DNA of 64,000 nt from Paraphysomonas bandaiensis (Eukaryota > Protista > Chrysophyceae), in contig CBFFRP010000297.1 in NCBI GenBank assembly GCA_965644295.1, positions 310,001 to 374,000 of the forward strand. Reading direction: 5' to 3'. The notes beneath the pieces were generated by a model. The model was not told the origin of the DNA. It did not search any database and saw nothing but the letters and a program-made list of their open reading frames with translations. The translations under genes and the position numbers were made by a program. Within the stretch, counting starts at the first letter, position 1, and each line of letters opens with the position of its first letter. Below, one piece after another: positions 13,025-25,318 of this stretch.

Positions 13025-13399
13025 TTCCTCGTTACTGTGTTGATATTATGTGGATGATACATTGGTAGCATGTGGCGTAGCATAGCTGAGATATTATGCT
13101 TATCTGTGCTTTCTATATGGTACTTTTAGACTCTGTCATCAACCTTTATCGGCAGATAAATAGTAGGTAGCTTGCTCTTCAGAAAATACAAGTACGGTGT
13201 ACGTGGGTACTTCATTTAGAACCTGTTTCAACTCAGTAGGATGCTATGTAGAACTAAATATGGTCACTGGATTGGGTTAATCTGTATCCATTTAATAGCT
13301 TATTTTGACACTTTTTTGCTTGCATGGCCCCTTTTATTATCTCAAGCTTGTTTTTAGAAAAGATACTATATATATGAAAGTCTTATTCGATTAGACTAT

Positions 13400-15867
13400 G
13401 GGACATCAAAAAAGAATCATAATTGCAATTTAAATTGACTCCAGTTTGGTTAAAAAAAATGATCAAAAATATACCACCTTCCTTATTATGCTGAAAAGTT
13501 GTTAGAAAAAGGAATTTTTATAGAGAAAGTCCAAATTTTAGAATTAAATCGAAGATTGGTGAAAGACTATAATAATACAACTAATATTGCAACTAATACA
13601 ACATACATGTACATAATAATATACTAACCTTTTAAGTGCCTCAATAAGTAACTTGCCGCTAGCTTATAGACATGCTGTTCATCAATATCTATAATATCAA
13701 CGTAACTATATATTATACACAGAGAAAACGTGGTTAGATATTATAATATTACTATAAATGAAGCACATTGTAGTTTCTAGCCACTTACGGCAGGTCAAAT
13801 GCTTACATGAAAACATCATGATGATTCACTATATCTGTGGATGATTCTCCACCTGCTAGTAATGTGGCCCTAACGGCTGTTGCCGCGTCCTCTACGAGCA
13901 TAGGTACTAATACTACTGTAATTAGTAGTGGTGTTATTGCATGCAGTAGTAGTGGAGATAGTTATATGAGTATGCAATGTATTCACAATCGGAAGGAAGC
14001 TCAAAAGCGTGAAGAATTGCAAATACAGTTCCGGATGCAGCTACTAAAAGTAGGGCGCGCCGGATGAACTATACCATCTCATTATACACAACTATACCAT
14101 CTATCTCACTATGTATATTACACCACAATACCATCTCACTATACACCACTATACATCACTACACCATCTTATCTCACTATATAATATACACTACTATATA
14201 CCACCTCACTGTACACAACTATACCATCTCACTATATATAATATATATATTACACCACTATACCATCTCACTATACACAACTATACCATCTCACTATATT
14301 CCACTATATACCATCTTACTCTATACATCACTATACCATCTCTAACTATACATACACCACTATATTATACCATCTCACTATACAACACCACTATATAATA
14401 TCATCACACTATTATAATATATATATCATTATAATACCACTTTACTATACACCACTATACCATCTCACAGTATAATACCACTATATACCATCATAGATTC
14501 TCACAATACACTACTATATAATATTATAGTGGTATAATACCATCTCACTATACATACATACATCACTATATATACCATCTCACTATACACCATTATACTA
14601 CCTTACTACACACCACTATTGAGATGCGACTAAGAGACCACAAATGCTATAGAATTGTACATAAGTGTCCTTCACATGCACATAATGCAGCAGCAGGCAG
14701 ACGTAAAGGTCTTCAACATGGCACAGTATTTTTCATGCTAATAATTTATATATACAATATTATATATAAATGATGGCTAATGTATTTTTATAATAGATAT
14801 GTTGTATTTTTCCTGCAAGCAAAAGAGCATGGGCACAGAATACATGAGATGAAACATACATATATGCAGATTGTGACACTCTTTTCATGGCAACACTGTC
14901 TCAATATAGCAGTCGCCACCGCTATTGAGGCAAGTCGAAGTTCCCTTCTACAACCATTACATATACTACAACTTCACTATATTGAAACACTATATAATAG
15001 TAATAATATCCATAGGATTATCTCGCATAATTATTCGTTTAATTATTAATGATAATAAATAAATGATAATAACAAAGAGGTTGCAATTGAGACTTGGCAA
15101 TATACCGGGAGAGTCCTGTAGATGTCTGAAGCAAAAGAAGGGTTATTGGTGGAGCAATATGTCGCAGCATGTCATCAAACACGATGGATGAAAAAGATAA
15201 AGTTTTGGCTGCCCAGTGAGGTAGAGGTGAGATGGATAAATATGTCGAGCGCAATATATCACCTCAAGCTTGACCTCCACGACGTTTTTGTACATTGTTT
15301 GACGAACTCATAATAAGGCACCCGATTGTCCAGCGTCATCTGCGCGATAATGCTGCTATTATTCGTAACTCTTCTTTCAAAAATGCAGTCGTGAAGATTC
15401 AATGTGGCTTGAAGCCGCACTAACTCGGACGGAAAAGGATCAAATTGTAATATTTTTGCTCGATGAGGATAATGAAGATGATGACAGTGAAGAAAGTCTA
15501 GTTCAGAATGACGACGCAGCGCAACGTTAGTAGGCAGCGGAAGCGAGCAACACTTAACCAGCAAACTCGTTACCGCAGCATGATGAAGGACTTGCATTCC
15601 ACAACCATTAAGGTTGAAAGGTGTTGTTCAGTAGAGCTAAGATTGCTAAGACAAATGCGAAAGAGTATGACTCCTCGACATTTAGAGCAACTTAGGTTTT
15701 TACGCATGAACCGTCGTCTCTGGAATGATATTACATTTGGTGTTGCTATATTGGCAGCTAATGTAGCATAGTACTAAATAATTGCAATAATTGAAATTGA
15801 GACAGCAAGTAATAATTGCAATTATAATTTACTACAACCTGAGTCAATTAATTGATACTCAGCCCTG
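13400..15867 (+). mobile_element. Longer, inverted hAT family A copy with decayed transposase
   Basis: 13420-13575 and 15490-15867 are reverse complements of the ends of 6507-7665; TIR ...GATACTCAGCCCTG at 15867; ORF remnant VERCCSVELRLLRQMRKSMTPRHLEQLRFLRMNRRLWND. Confidence 0.8.
14063..14620. repeat. Degenerate minisatellite, core CACTATACCATCTCACTATA
   Basis: Roughly a dozen TACCATCTCACTATA-like units interspersed with CACTATA; overlapping ORFs are low-complexity artefacts. Confidence 0.9.
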
Positions 15868-16418
15868 TTAATTAAAGATACTAATATTATTTTAATCAGA
15901 ATGACACAATTTCGATTGGCATGATGAACTGCAACCTGTATTGTCGTTGCCAGGGCCTAATATAGAATACAATATATAGTAATACTCTTTATCCCTAGGT
16001 TAATTTATACTTAAATAGTAGAATATCAGAGTTAAGCACTAGCTAGTTAATTGTTTTGCTACATTAGTTCTGACTCTTACACGGCTCTTGCAACAGACAT
16101 TCACTGCTGCTTTGTTTAGTAAATCCAATGAAAATAACGCATTAATCTTCTCGCATTCTCCGGTATATAACATAGACAGAACGTCATACAAGGTTTTATT
16201 AAATTTACACTGTCGCTAAATCAGTAACAAAATTTCTACAGAGCAAATAGCTAGTTATGGCCGGTAGAGTGCTGACATTAAGGTTTTTAAGGTAAACCAC
16301 GTGAACTACTTGAGCCGATTATAGATAACATACTTTCATCTTTACTCAGAAAGTAGTATATATCTGGTACTTTCAACACTAGAATTATACACAAAACACA
16401 AATTCCGCCATAAAACAG

Positions 16419-17732
16419 TTAGTAACTATCTGCATAATGAGCCCCCATGGATTGGTAACCACTGTAACTATGGCCGTTGTTCTTTTTGTTTTCTTCTTCC
16501 TCTTTAAATAAACGTACATCCTGTGTATCAATTCTTATATATGTTTAAGTAGTAATGCTCAACACAGACCTCACTATCTAGCACTCCGCTTCCATCTTTG
16601 TCCAGTTCGTCAAATCGCTTCGAAATTCAAAAATAAGAAACGCAAAACTATCGGAAATCATCACCTTCAGCCATGGCTCAATCTCTTTTTTACGATCAAG
16701 ACCAGACATTTGGACCAACATTTCGACGAGAAATTCAACACGATCTACGCCTGCACCCACTTAGAATAACACAAACAAAGTGTATTCAGAACAAAATACC
16801 CCCGCTTTTGTCAGTATCCATCTTAATGATCGACTCAAGATCAAGTTGTCGATTAAGTAATTCGTATCTTTTTTTCTCTAAAGCAATTTCAACTTGAATT
16901 GCACCGAACTTGCCAATTGCGGAGGCCACCACTATGACAGATGTAATTATGTATATGCACGAAAAATATCTGACAAAAACTATTACGTCAATATGAAAGC
17001 AAAGAGAAGTAAAAGTACTTTGTCTTCTCATTAACAAAAGTGAGATCTCCATACCCTACAGTCTTCATAGAGTGTCATTAATAAGTACATCCCAAGAGAA
17101 AATAAGGCAAACCAGGGTAGTCATCGTGGCAAAGTACAGTGCTTCCACATAATTCCATCTTTCAAGGTGAACATAAACCACAGCGCCAACAAGAATACAG
17201 AGAACTATAGTTAATATAGATCGCATTGCTTTTGACTTGTGCAATTCCTGTGATAGAACATAGCTTAAGTTGCATAATATATATCTCAATTTCCGCACCA
17301 TGAAATTGTGAATATCAGTGGTGGTAGTTTCCATAGCTGTTTGTATGCTCTGTACTGTGGTGGTGAACGCATCATTAATAATTCCAAACACTATAATCAA
17401 ACCAAAGAGGATATAGACAGTAGTGAAAGCTCTTGACACTATCATAATCAATCATCAGTTCGAATTATTAGTGACAAATACAAGATATACCGTCACTAGT
17501 GGGTACAACATCTCCATATCCGACGGTTGTCACTGTAAACAGTAAACTTAGTCATCATATAGTATACAGGTGTATATACGATTCTATATAACGTACTTGA
17601 TACAGTTATAAAGTAAACACACTCCTCTATAGACCATGTCTCTAGTTGCATATACACCATGATCCCAATAGCATAAAACGCAATGACAATAACCGGCCGG
17701 TGCAATTGTTTTAACTGCATACATCTCTCCAT
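16419..17732 (-). CDS. Two-pore-domain K+ channel with C-terminal EF-hands (TPK/KCO-like)
   Basis: Two pore loops (YFITVS..TVGYGDVVP; YFATMTT..TVGYGDL) split by introns, 4 TM segments, EF-hand-like MDTDKSG..VDRVEF and FDELDKDGSGVLDSED. Confidence 0.88.
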
Positions 17733-18244
17733 GAATATTCTTTAGCTTCAATAAGAAAGAGTCTTAATAACTACATCATACACTACACACGGAAGATCAA
17801 ATATAAGAGTGTGCTGTGGATTATATCCTGCAGTTCTAGTTTACGCACCATGTTTCCAGTACAACAGTCGCACTGTCGGCTGTACAGTGTATGCTCAGTT
17901 TTAAAAAAAAAACTGAATATTTTTCGTAAACTTGGGTTTTTCATCTGAAAATCTTTCGTATGTGACTGTCCTCTGTGTACGTACAGTACTGTATACAGAC
18001 CTAACCCTGGCAAAAAATCGTGCTTTTGAGATATAAAAACGTGCATTTTAAAGTAAAGCATGTTTTCTGTGACTACGAACCTACCACCGACCTTGACACC
18101 GCTTTGTGCTGCTGTATGTACGGTGTATGCCGTAGCCCTTCAGGATAAAGCGGAGGATACATATATAAGATAAGCTCTACATATACAGGGTTGCCGAGAA
18201 GATAACTGCAGTTGATTTAATAAGAGGTATCAACACACTGACTA

Positions 18245-20078
18245 ATGAGCACAGAGCAAACGTCACATAAATCAATTTCTGGTGGGGTCACCGTAAATAT
18301 TAACCGTCCACAGGCAGGTATATATAGCCCTCTGATATATGGTCCTTATCATATTATTAACTGTTTTAACACAGCTGTGAGCTCTCAACTACACACTCCT
18401 TTAGTCCAAAAAATGCCAAAAGAGGATAACAAAGATGGAGCTGCACCAGCGGGTAGTCCAATGGCAGCCGTCAAAAGAGAAACAAGCGTATTAGATCCAT
18501 TGGCACATATTGAACCTGATGCGAATATAATGCAAGCAGATTCAGTTGATGTCAATACCCAGCAACTGTCTTCACCACATAATTCAAGGGATTCTGAAGT
18601 TGATATATTCTTACGTAAAGCCAGGTACTATCAAACCACTCTAACTTACAATAAATGATTATATTCTTTTAGCATTTCTCCTTTGGATATACGAAGTATA
18701 GTGTGTAGTGTAGCTGGACTGCGCTTACTTGCCCGGTCGAATGCATGGAAGCATGTAGTAGAATTGTCAGGTCAGCTCATTCAGTCTCAGGATGAGGTAG
18801 CCGAGAGGTCTTTGCGCAACATTGCTTTTCGACTGCGTATGATTGGTCTGTTTCGTCTGAAGATGTTTGATGAACTTGTGCAAGAGGCTGGTGCAGCGCT
18901 TACAGCCGAGGAGGCGAGGATGTCTTTTAAAATGGGAGAAGGTGGACTTGGTATTCCCGGTCAAGGACCTTATAATAGTGACTCTGTGATCGCTCTTCAC
19001 CTGTTGTTAGTTGAAGCCAAAGCAATGTCAGGTCGGGGTGAAGAGGCGTTGTATCAACTGTACCTCATGCGAAAGTGGCTCTGCGATGAAATATCTTTCA
19101 GTCATCAGCCAAATGAACAGCAGCCGGAATATGCAAGTGACGAAGTCCTCTGGTGGAGGTGGCGCATACAGTGGTGCATTGTAAATACTCTTGTCAAGCA
19201 AAGGCAATGGCGGCGATCTATACAGGAGATGATTGCAGTGCTTGCAGATATCAAGAAGCGTAGGAATCGGGTTATAGACAGTGAGCACTCTAATCTCTCT
19301 TCTTCTTGCTTACTTTGCGCTGAGGTAGTAGTTCTCTGTCGACTTTCTCGGACGTTCCTTCAGGTATGTACTTCTGTGCCTTTCCCTTGCAACTGTTTGT
19401 CCTCTCGCACACATATGGTTTAAATGTATATCTTCAGACCGGAGCCGTGAACAGAGCGGAGGAAATTGCTAACTTAGCGCGACAGCAGGTGAATGAGAAC
19501 CCAAGTTTAGCAGAATCATCCGTAGCGGACCACTGTGTCCTGGCCCGCGCCCTCATCCTCTTCGCCAAAGATAATGTAAGTTCTGCGGTGTATAGTATAT
19601 GTTCCCCTCATCACCAGCTTCCCTTGTGCAGTACTTGGAGGCGGTGGAGTTATTCCAAACTATCATGACTAATGAATCCCGTCGTCGGGAAAAGGAGACC
19701 GTGGAATCTCCAGACGAGCTCTTGGTTCCCTTACAACCGAGTAACCCCACGAGCAATGTGGAATCTGCGAATCTACTAATTCACCCTTTTGGTGGGGCTA
19801 CTGAACCAGAGGATTCTCTATTTGCTGTGGCAGCCAATAATTTTGCTATATGTTCTCTCTTTCTAAGGCGAATTAGTAGCGCTGTTGCAATGATGGAGGA
19901 GCTGATACAGGGAGACCCACCAGGCAATTTGATTGATCCCGTAGTTTTCAATCTTTGTACGATGTATGACCTTAGTTGTGCTCCAGATATCAGCAAAGAA
20001 AAGAAAAAATGTTTACAGGAAGTAGCGTCGATATATCACATAGATGACATACATTGGAAATCATTCCGATTAAATTAG
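18245..20078 (+). CDS. TRAPPC12: TRAPP complex subunit 12-like TPR protein
   Basis: Spliced TPR-helical protein ending ANNFAICSLFL...VVFNLCTMYDL...KKKCL, typical of the TRAPPC12/TTC15 C-terminus. Confidence 0.7.
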
Positions 20079-20204
20079 AGTGTGGTTGCAGTTTGACGTG
20101 TTGATGTTACTGCACTTCTGTCGATGGTGAAGTTAATATAATTGTAATAATATATGATTTTTATTCGTTTGAAATGCGCAATTCTGGAGTTATTGACATT
20201 TTTT

Positions 20205-20500
20205 TAGTATACGTGTATTCACTCGTTAATCTTGTTAAAATTATTATAATCAGTATATCTTTTTATTCACCAATTTCATGTTATCTCTACGACAAATCAT
20301 TTCTCGTACGATCTTACATCGTCACTATCTTGTATGATCAATATTTTATATTCAGTTTCGTTACTACAGTAGCTATCATGTTATTAGTTCTCATAATACT
20401 GTTAACCAATACTGTATTCTTCGACTAACGGTCATAATTCCAATACCTTAGAGTTCCAGCTTTTGATTGCTCCAACAGCAAAACACAACCCTCCCTCTCA
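20205..20500. repeat. Dispersed repeat family (possibly solo-LTR)
   Basis: Matches the reverse complement of 55213-55340 and 54685-54830; partial copies at 48780-48845, 54950-55140 and 41085-41140. Confidence 0.75.
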
Positions 20501-21039
20501 ATTCAAAGCTGTACACAGAGTCTTCACATTTCACATCACGAGACATAACTGACGGATACGCAACTACCAAAACCTCATAGGACAAACCGGTGGGCGTATG
20601 ACTCCGACAATTCAGCTAGCCACACCATAGACAATTCATTTATGATTCGATTTCAAATCTTCGTGAGATAAATCACACTACGAAATTCAACGCTATGTCG
20701 CAAGGGCTCTCTGGCTGTCCAGGAGGAATGGAGTGTGTTCGTACAATCGAAGTCCCAGTTCGGCCAACACCCTCCGATCCGATGCAACACTAGTTCCTGC
20801 ATGCCAGCAGACGTAACCTGGATGCTTACATTGCATTGAGACGTGGACACAGTAATTTGTACAATTTATTGCCAGGTGAATGGTTTACCAGCAGCAAAGA
20901 CAATATAGGCGGTCGTGGAACGACGTAACACAACATTACTAGTCCAGTCGACATCGGTATAACATTACCACTGAAGCGAATCAACGCAATTACTCCTCAT
21001 AAGTATTACACCTCTCTATAATTAGACAACTATTAAGTC

Positions 21040-21319
21040 GTCGAGGTAATACCAAAACCTGGTGATGCATAGTGAGATGGTATAGTGCTGTATAGTGAGA
21101 TGGTTATAGTTCATACTTGTGAACTGTATGGAATATATATGTGTAGTCGGTGACTTTTATAGCTGTAAAACTGAAGTAATATGGAAGAAATTAGTAAAAA
21201 ATATTAGAAATAATACTTTTCACACTGCTAATAATATCTTCATAGTTACTTATTGTGCATAGTTATACCCTTTTCCAACCATCATCAAAAATTTCACCAG
21301 GTTTTGGTATTACCTCGAC
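21040..21319. mobile_element. 280-bp MITE with perfect 26-bp TIRs
   Basis: GTCGAGGTAATACCAAAACCTGGTGA (21040-21065) and TCACCAGGTTTTGGTATTACCTCGAC (21294-21319). Confidence 0.8.
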
Positions 21320-22251
21320 TTTATGATACTTATGTCTTGCTGCAGCTCTACTGTCCACTTCAATGATGATGTTTCTACGAACGATATAGCATATTTGTGC
21401 CGTGAAAACCTCCTTCTTTTCTTCCTTGGTCTAAAACCAGGGGAATTTATGCGTTCCTGAAAACAAATGCAGTCATGGAAGTCATTCAGTGGAGAGCGCT
21501 ATCACTCATAGCATATATATGAAGATCTCGAGATATCCTGCAGATCATCGAGTGAGTTATATCCATAGCTTCATGGACCCCTCATCCCCATATATATCAC
21601 TCACAAAGAACCCATCGCTATATACTTATAATAAGCTATAGATGGGCTCGAGGGTCGATAGTCATAGACGTAGACCTGTGTTAAGTAGATATGTATGTAT
21701 GTATGAGTTTATTGTTACAATGTTTAAATGTTTGTTTTGATGCTCTGTTAGCCACTAATATGTTGTGTTGTGTGACATGGTATCGTAGACAGTCACAGTG
21801 TGTAATCAATGGATATCAGAACGACTAGGTTGAATACCAAAATTGGCTAGATTGAGTCATTTATTACTTTGACTAGGCTATTCCAGGAAAATAGTGTGAC
21901 TAGGTTGAATAATAGTACTTCCCGTCATTATTATCACAGGTAACCTCTGAATAAAACAAGTTAAAACACTATCAATTTGTGGCTTGTTATTGCTTTACAA
22001 CATTCAGTGTATCATGTTCAACTATAACATCATCGTTTTAAATACTGATATTAATTATAGAAATATTACGAAGAAGAAAATATATTTTATTACATATATA
22101 TAACAATAATAAGCATTTTAGCGATAACACAACAAATGCCTAGTATTGGGACTGAACTTCGGTTTAAGACCTACTAAGGGATATAGGGTGTCAGAATGTG
22201 GCTACAACGACAGCAAACGAAACTTACTATGATGTGAAGGACTGAACACAG

Positions 22252-24774
22252 CTACTGTATTGAACTTGCGTGTTGTCGCTTCGTCTTCTTCCATGACTTT
22301 TTAAGTAGGGCAATCTGCTCGTCGACAGCAATAATATCATCTTTAAATGTTTGCACCTGCATCCTGTACATATCCAGCTCATTATTCATTGCTGCAAGCT
22401 GCTTCACCTTGTCCTTCAGAGTCAGTTGGTATGTCATCACCTGCTCTTCAACCTCAGGACCGGGCTGCCTTGAGATAATATTTTTAAGCTCAACATATAT
22501 CTTTTCCTTTTCCTGGATAAGTAAGTCCCGCTCTATAACTTCATCAGACTTGTCAATCAATTCCTTTTGGAGAGATTGAATTTGGCGAATGCGTTCAAAC
22601 CGCTGTGGATCTGAGCTTTCCAAAACTCTCCAACGGTGCACATTCATAGGGCGCGAGAGCTCTCCGGTGAGAGCTTGTCGCTTACTCTGCTCTTGCAAGA
22701 CACTCTTCTCAAGTCTCAGTACACGGCGTTTGACCTCCTCCAAGCACCCTAGCTCCTCTATAGTGTCATTGTGCCCACGCACTACATCCACCAACCGTGT
22801 CTGAAGATCTCGCAGCTTCCCCAGAACAGAGTTATAATGCCGTTCTCCAATGCGCAAATTACTGCGCTGTACCTTGATTTTGTCGTACATATCACCAAGT
22901 TCGGAATTCCTTTTCACTACTTGCGCAGTAAGGAGATTGCGCTCCGAAATAATCGCTATCAGTTCGTTACTCTGTCGCTGTCTCTCCAGATCTGCCTCCT
23001 CAATGATGCGAGTCAACTTCAGAACTTCCACATGCTGATTCTCTATAATCTGCTCACTGGATAGCACTTGCTTCCGAATCTTCGTCAATTCGTTCTTCAG
23101 CAACTCGCGCTCTTTGTCAACTGAATGGTGGTGGAAGTGTTCCTTCACAATGGCGTGATCTTTCGATGATATCTCCTCCTTAATCTGGTCTATCTGATGA
23201 TTTGTCAATCGAAATTTTCTCTTCAGGGAGCTAATCTCATCTTGGGAGTCAATTAGCTGCTTACTGTACAGGTTTCGGTCCGCTCGAACAGCTTCGTAAA
23301 GGTTCTGCTTGTGTTTGAGCTTAGCTTGATCTTCTGATATTTTCTTCTGCAACTCTCGCACTTGAAGCTCCTGAAGTTTGAGTTCTTCTAGTGCAGTATA
23401 ATATTCCTGGTTAGTTATCTCAGTGTCATGCTCATGCTTTTCCTTCTCTTGTAGAAGAGCCTGTATTTGACGTCTCTGAACTTGTACTTCTTCCATTAGC
23501 AATTTGCGCTCCAGAGTTAGATTCCTGAGCGTGTTCTGGTTAACATAGGTAAGGTCCTGAACGGCTTTGTAAGCCTTGTCTGAGCTCAATGCTTTCTTCT
23601 TTAGAACTTCTAGTTCGCTGGCCAACGCCGATCGTTGCTTCATGAGCGCTTCATTTTGCTTTCTGACAATTTTGAGGTCATGGTCTCGAGAGTGATCCAG
23701 ATCCTTCTGTAGCTTCTCCCTTTTGGCATCAAATGAGTTCTTAAGGGCGTCCACTTCTTCGATCTTTTTTGACGCTACTTCTCGAAGCTTTTTGAGCTTG
23801 GATATCTCCTTGTCCGCTTCGGCGATCTCGACCTCCCTGTCTGCAATATACTTACGACGCTGCTCAATCTCAGCCTCACATGACCGGTTCACGGACTTCT
23901 GTTTCTCTAACTCATTACTAAGATTCTGCGTGACCAAATACAAACTATCATAGTCAGCAATATAGTTGTCCATTTTCGATTTTAGGTGTTTCAATGACTT
24001 CTCTAAGGAAAGAAGCGTCTTGTCCTCGCTCTTGAGAAGCAATCTTCGGTTCTGGTAATCCTGCTCCGATTGCACATTATCTTGCTGGATCGTCTTCACT
24101 TTTACTTCAAGTGAACGACATAACTGAGATTGTTCGTCACACCTGGATGTCAAAGACTCCATCTCCTCCTTAATCTTCGAGATTTCCTCCTCGCCGTGTG
24201 TAATGTCCTGCTCCAGCGACTGGATTAGCTCATAGCATCCGTCGACGTCAACACGAACACCAGCAACGACGTTGTTCTTATTGTCTAACTTTTTGGTCAG
24301 AAAATCACGTTCTTTCTCAAGGGTTTGTCGCTCCTCATCTTGAGCTGCTGTCCATCCAGGCCCAACTTCGAGAGCCTCGTGTAACTTGTCAAACTTACTG
24401 GAATACATAGATATCTTCGCGCGATTCGACATCTCTCTCTCCATAAGCTTTACTCGGTTCTCTCTCAGGTTTTCTAAGTTAGCTTGTAAGCCATCCTTGG
24501 AGAGCATAGTCTCTTCGATGTTCCTCTTCGCTATAGAGGTCTGATCCCTAACTTGTACACTGTCTGTGTGCAATGCTTCAATCTCTCTTTCTTTCTCGAC
24601 CAAGGTCTCAGAGAGCATCTCAAGAGTATTCTGAAGCTCCACATATTCCCGCTTAAATCCCTCAACGGCCGGACCTTTCGATCGCAATATATCCAGCACC
24701 TCCTCACCCTCGCGAATAATGCTGTCCGCGACCTGCAAAGTGGTGTTCATCTTGAAGCTTTCAAGGTAACTCAA
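22252..24774 (-). CDS. CFAP58: Cilia- and flagella-associated protein 58 (coiled-coil); exact start uncertain
   Basis: 840-aa coiled-coil with LYEAVRADRNLYSKQLIDSQDEI, RPMNVHRWRVLESSDP and LKNIISRQPGPEVEEQ signatures. Confidence 0.9.
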   Translation of the reverse strand: MSYLESFKMNTTLQVADSIIREGEEVLDILRSKGPAVEGFKREYVELQNTLEMLSETLVEKEREIEALHTDSVQVRDQTSIAKRNIEETMLSKDGLQANLENLRENRVKLMEREMSNRAKISMYSSKFDKLHEALEVGPGWTAAQDEERQTLEKERDFLTKKLDNKNNVVAGVRVDVDGCYELIQSLEQDITHGEEEISKIKEEMESLTSRCDEQSQLCRSLEVKVKTIQQDNVQSEQDYQNRRLLLKSEDKTLLSLEKSLKHLKSKMDNYIADYDSLYLVTQNLSNELEKQKSVNRSCEAEIEQRRKYIADREVEIAEADKEISKLKKLREVASKKIEEVDALKNSFDAKREKLQKDLDHSRDHDLKIVRKQNEALMKQRSALASELEVLKKKALSSDKAYKAVQDLTYVNQNTLRNLTLERKLLMEEVQVQRRQIQALLQEKEKHEHDTEITNQEYYTALEELKLQELQVRELQKKISEDQAKLKHKQNLYEAVRADRNLYSKQLIDSQDEISSLKRKFRLTNHQIDQIKEEISSKDHAIVKEHFHHHSVDKERELLKNELTKIRKQVLSSEQIIENQHVEVLKLTRIIEEADLERQRQSNELIAIISERNLLTAQVVKRNSELGDMYDKIKVQRSNLRIGERHYNSVLGKLRDLQTRLVDVVRGHNDTIEELGCLEEVKRRVLRLEKSVLQEQSKRQALTGELSRPMNVHRWRVLESSDPQRFERIRQIQSLQKELIDKSDEVIERDLLIQEKEKIYVELKNIISRQPGPEVEEQVMTYQLTLKDKVKQLAAMNNELDMYRMQVQTFKDDIIAVDEQIALLKKSWKKTKRQHASSIQ

Positions 24775-25318
24775 TGCTATGTATGGGGTGAGATATATAT
24801 ATATATATATACGATGTGTTTGATATTTGCAACAGGTACTTCCACATCCACTTCATGTACTAAAGTGCATCACACTCTTCATATGTGAAACCGAAACAGA
24901 TATTTTTTTAAACCTAATGAATATAAAACCAGGGATTTGTCGAAAAACTGCTATTTCACTTGAGTATGAATATCGTAGTATACTGTAGTAGGTAATCTGC
25001 AGACAAATGTTTTATTCACTTGAAAGACGTAACTCTTAAATATAATGGAAAGGCTATATCTCGTTGTATGACCCACCCGTAGATGAGTCTCTATTCATCC
25101 ACTCTGGTGTCCCCTTCTCTCAAGAAAAGGAATGGAATACTCTATCAGTCCGATAACTTGTTAACATACCAAAATAATTTGGATCAAGCGAACAGTATCA
25201 TAAAATAAAGCGTTTAAGGGATCGTAGTCTTCTTTGCTGAGTGAATAGTTTTTTTATACTCCATAGTGTGACTGTTTTACTGCTAATTTCATCGAATAAA
25301 GCCTTGCCTTTGACAGGC

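Noticed and set aside
14063-14620. CRISPR-like array or coding ORFs
   Set aside because: Irregular degenerate units without unique constant-length spacers; eukaryotic context; the ORFs are compositional artefacts.
21820-21915. Short GACTAGGTTGAATA repeats as a regulatory array
   Set aside because: Only two exact and two degenerate copies; probably TE subterminal debris.
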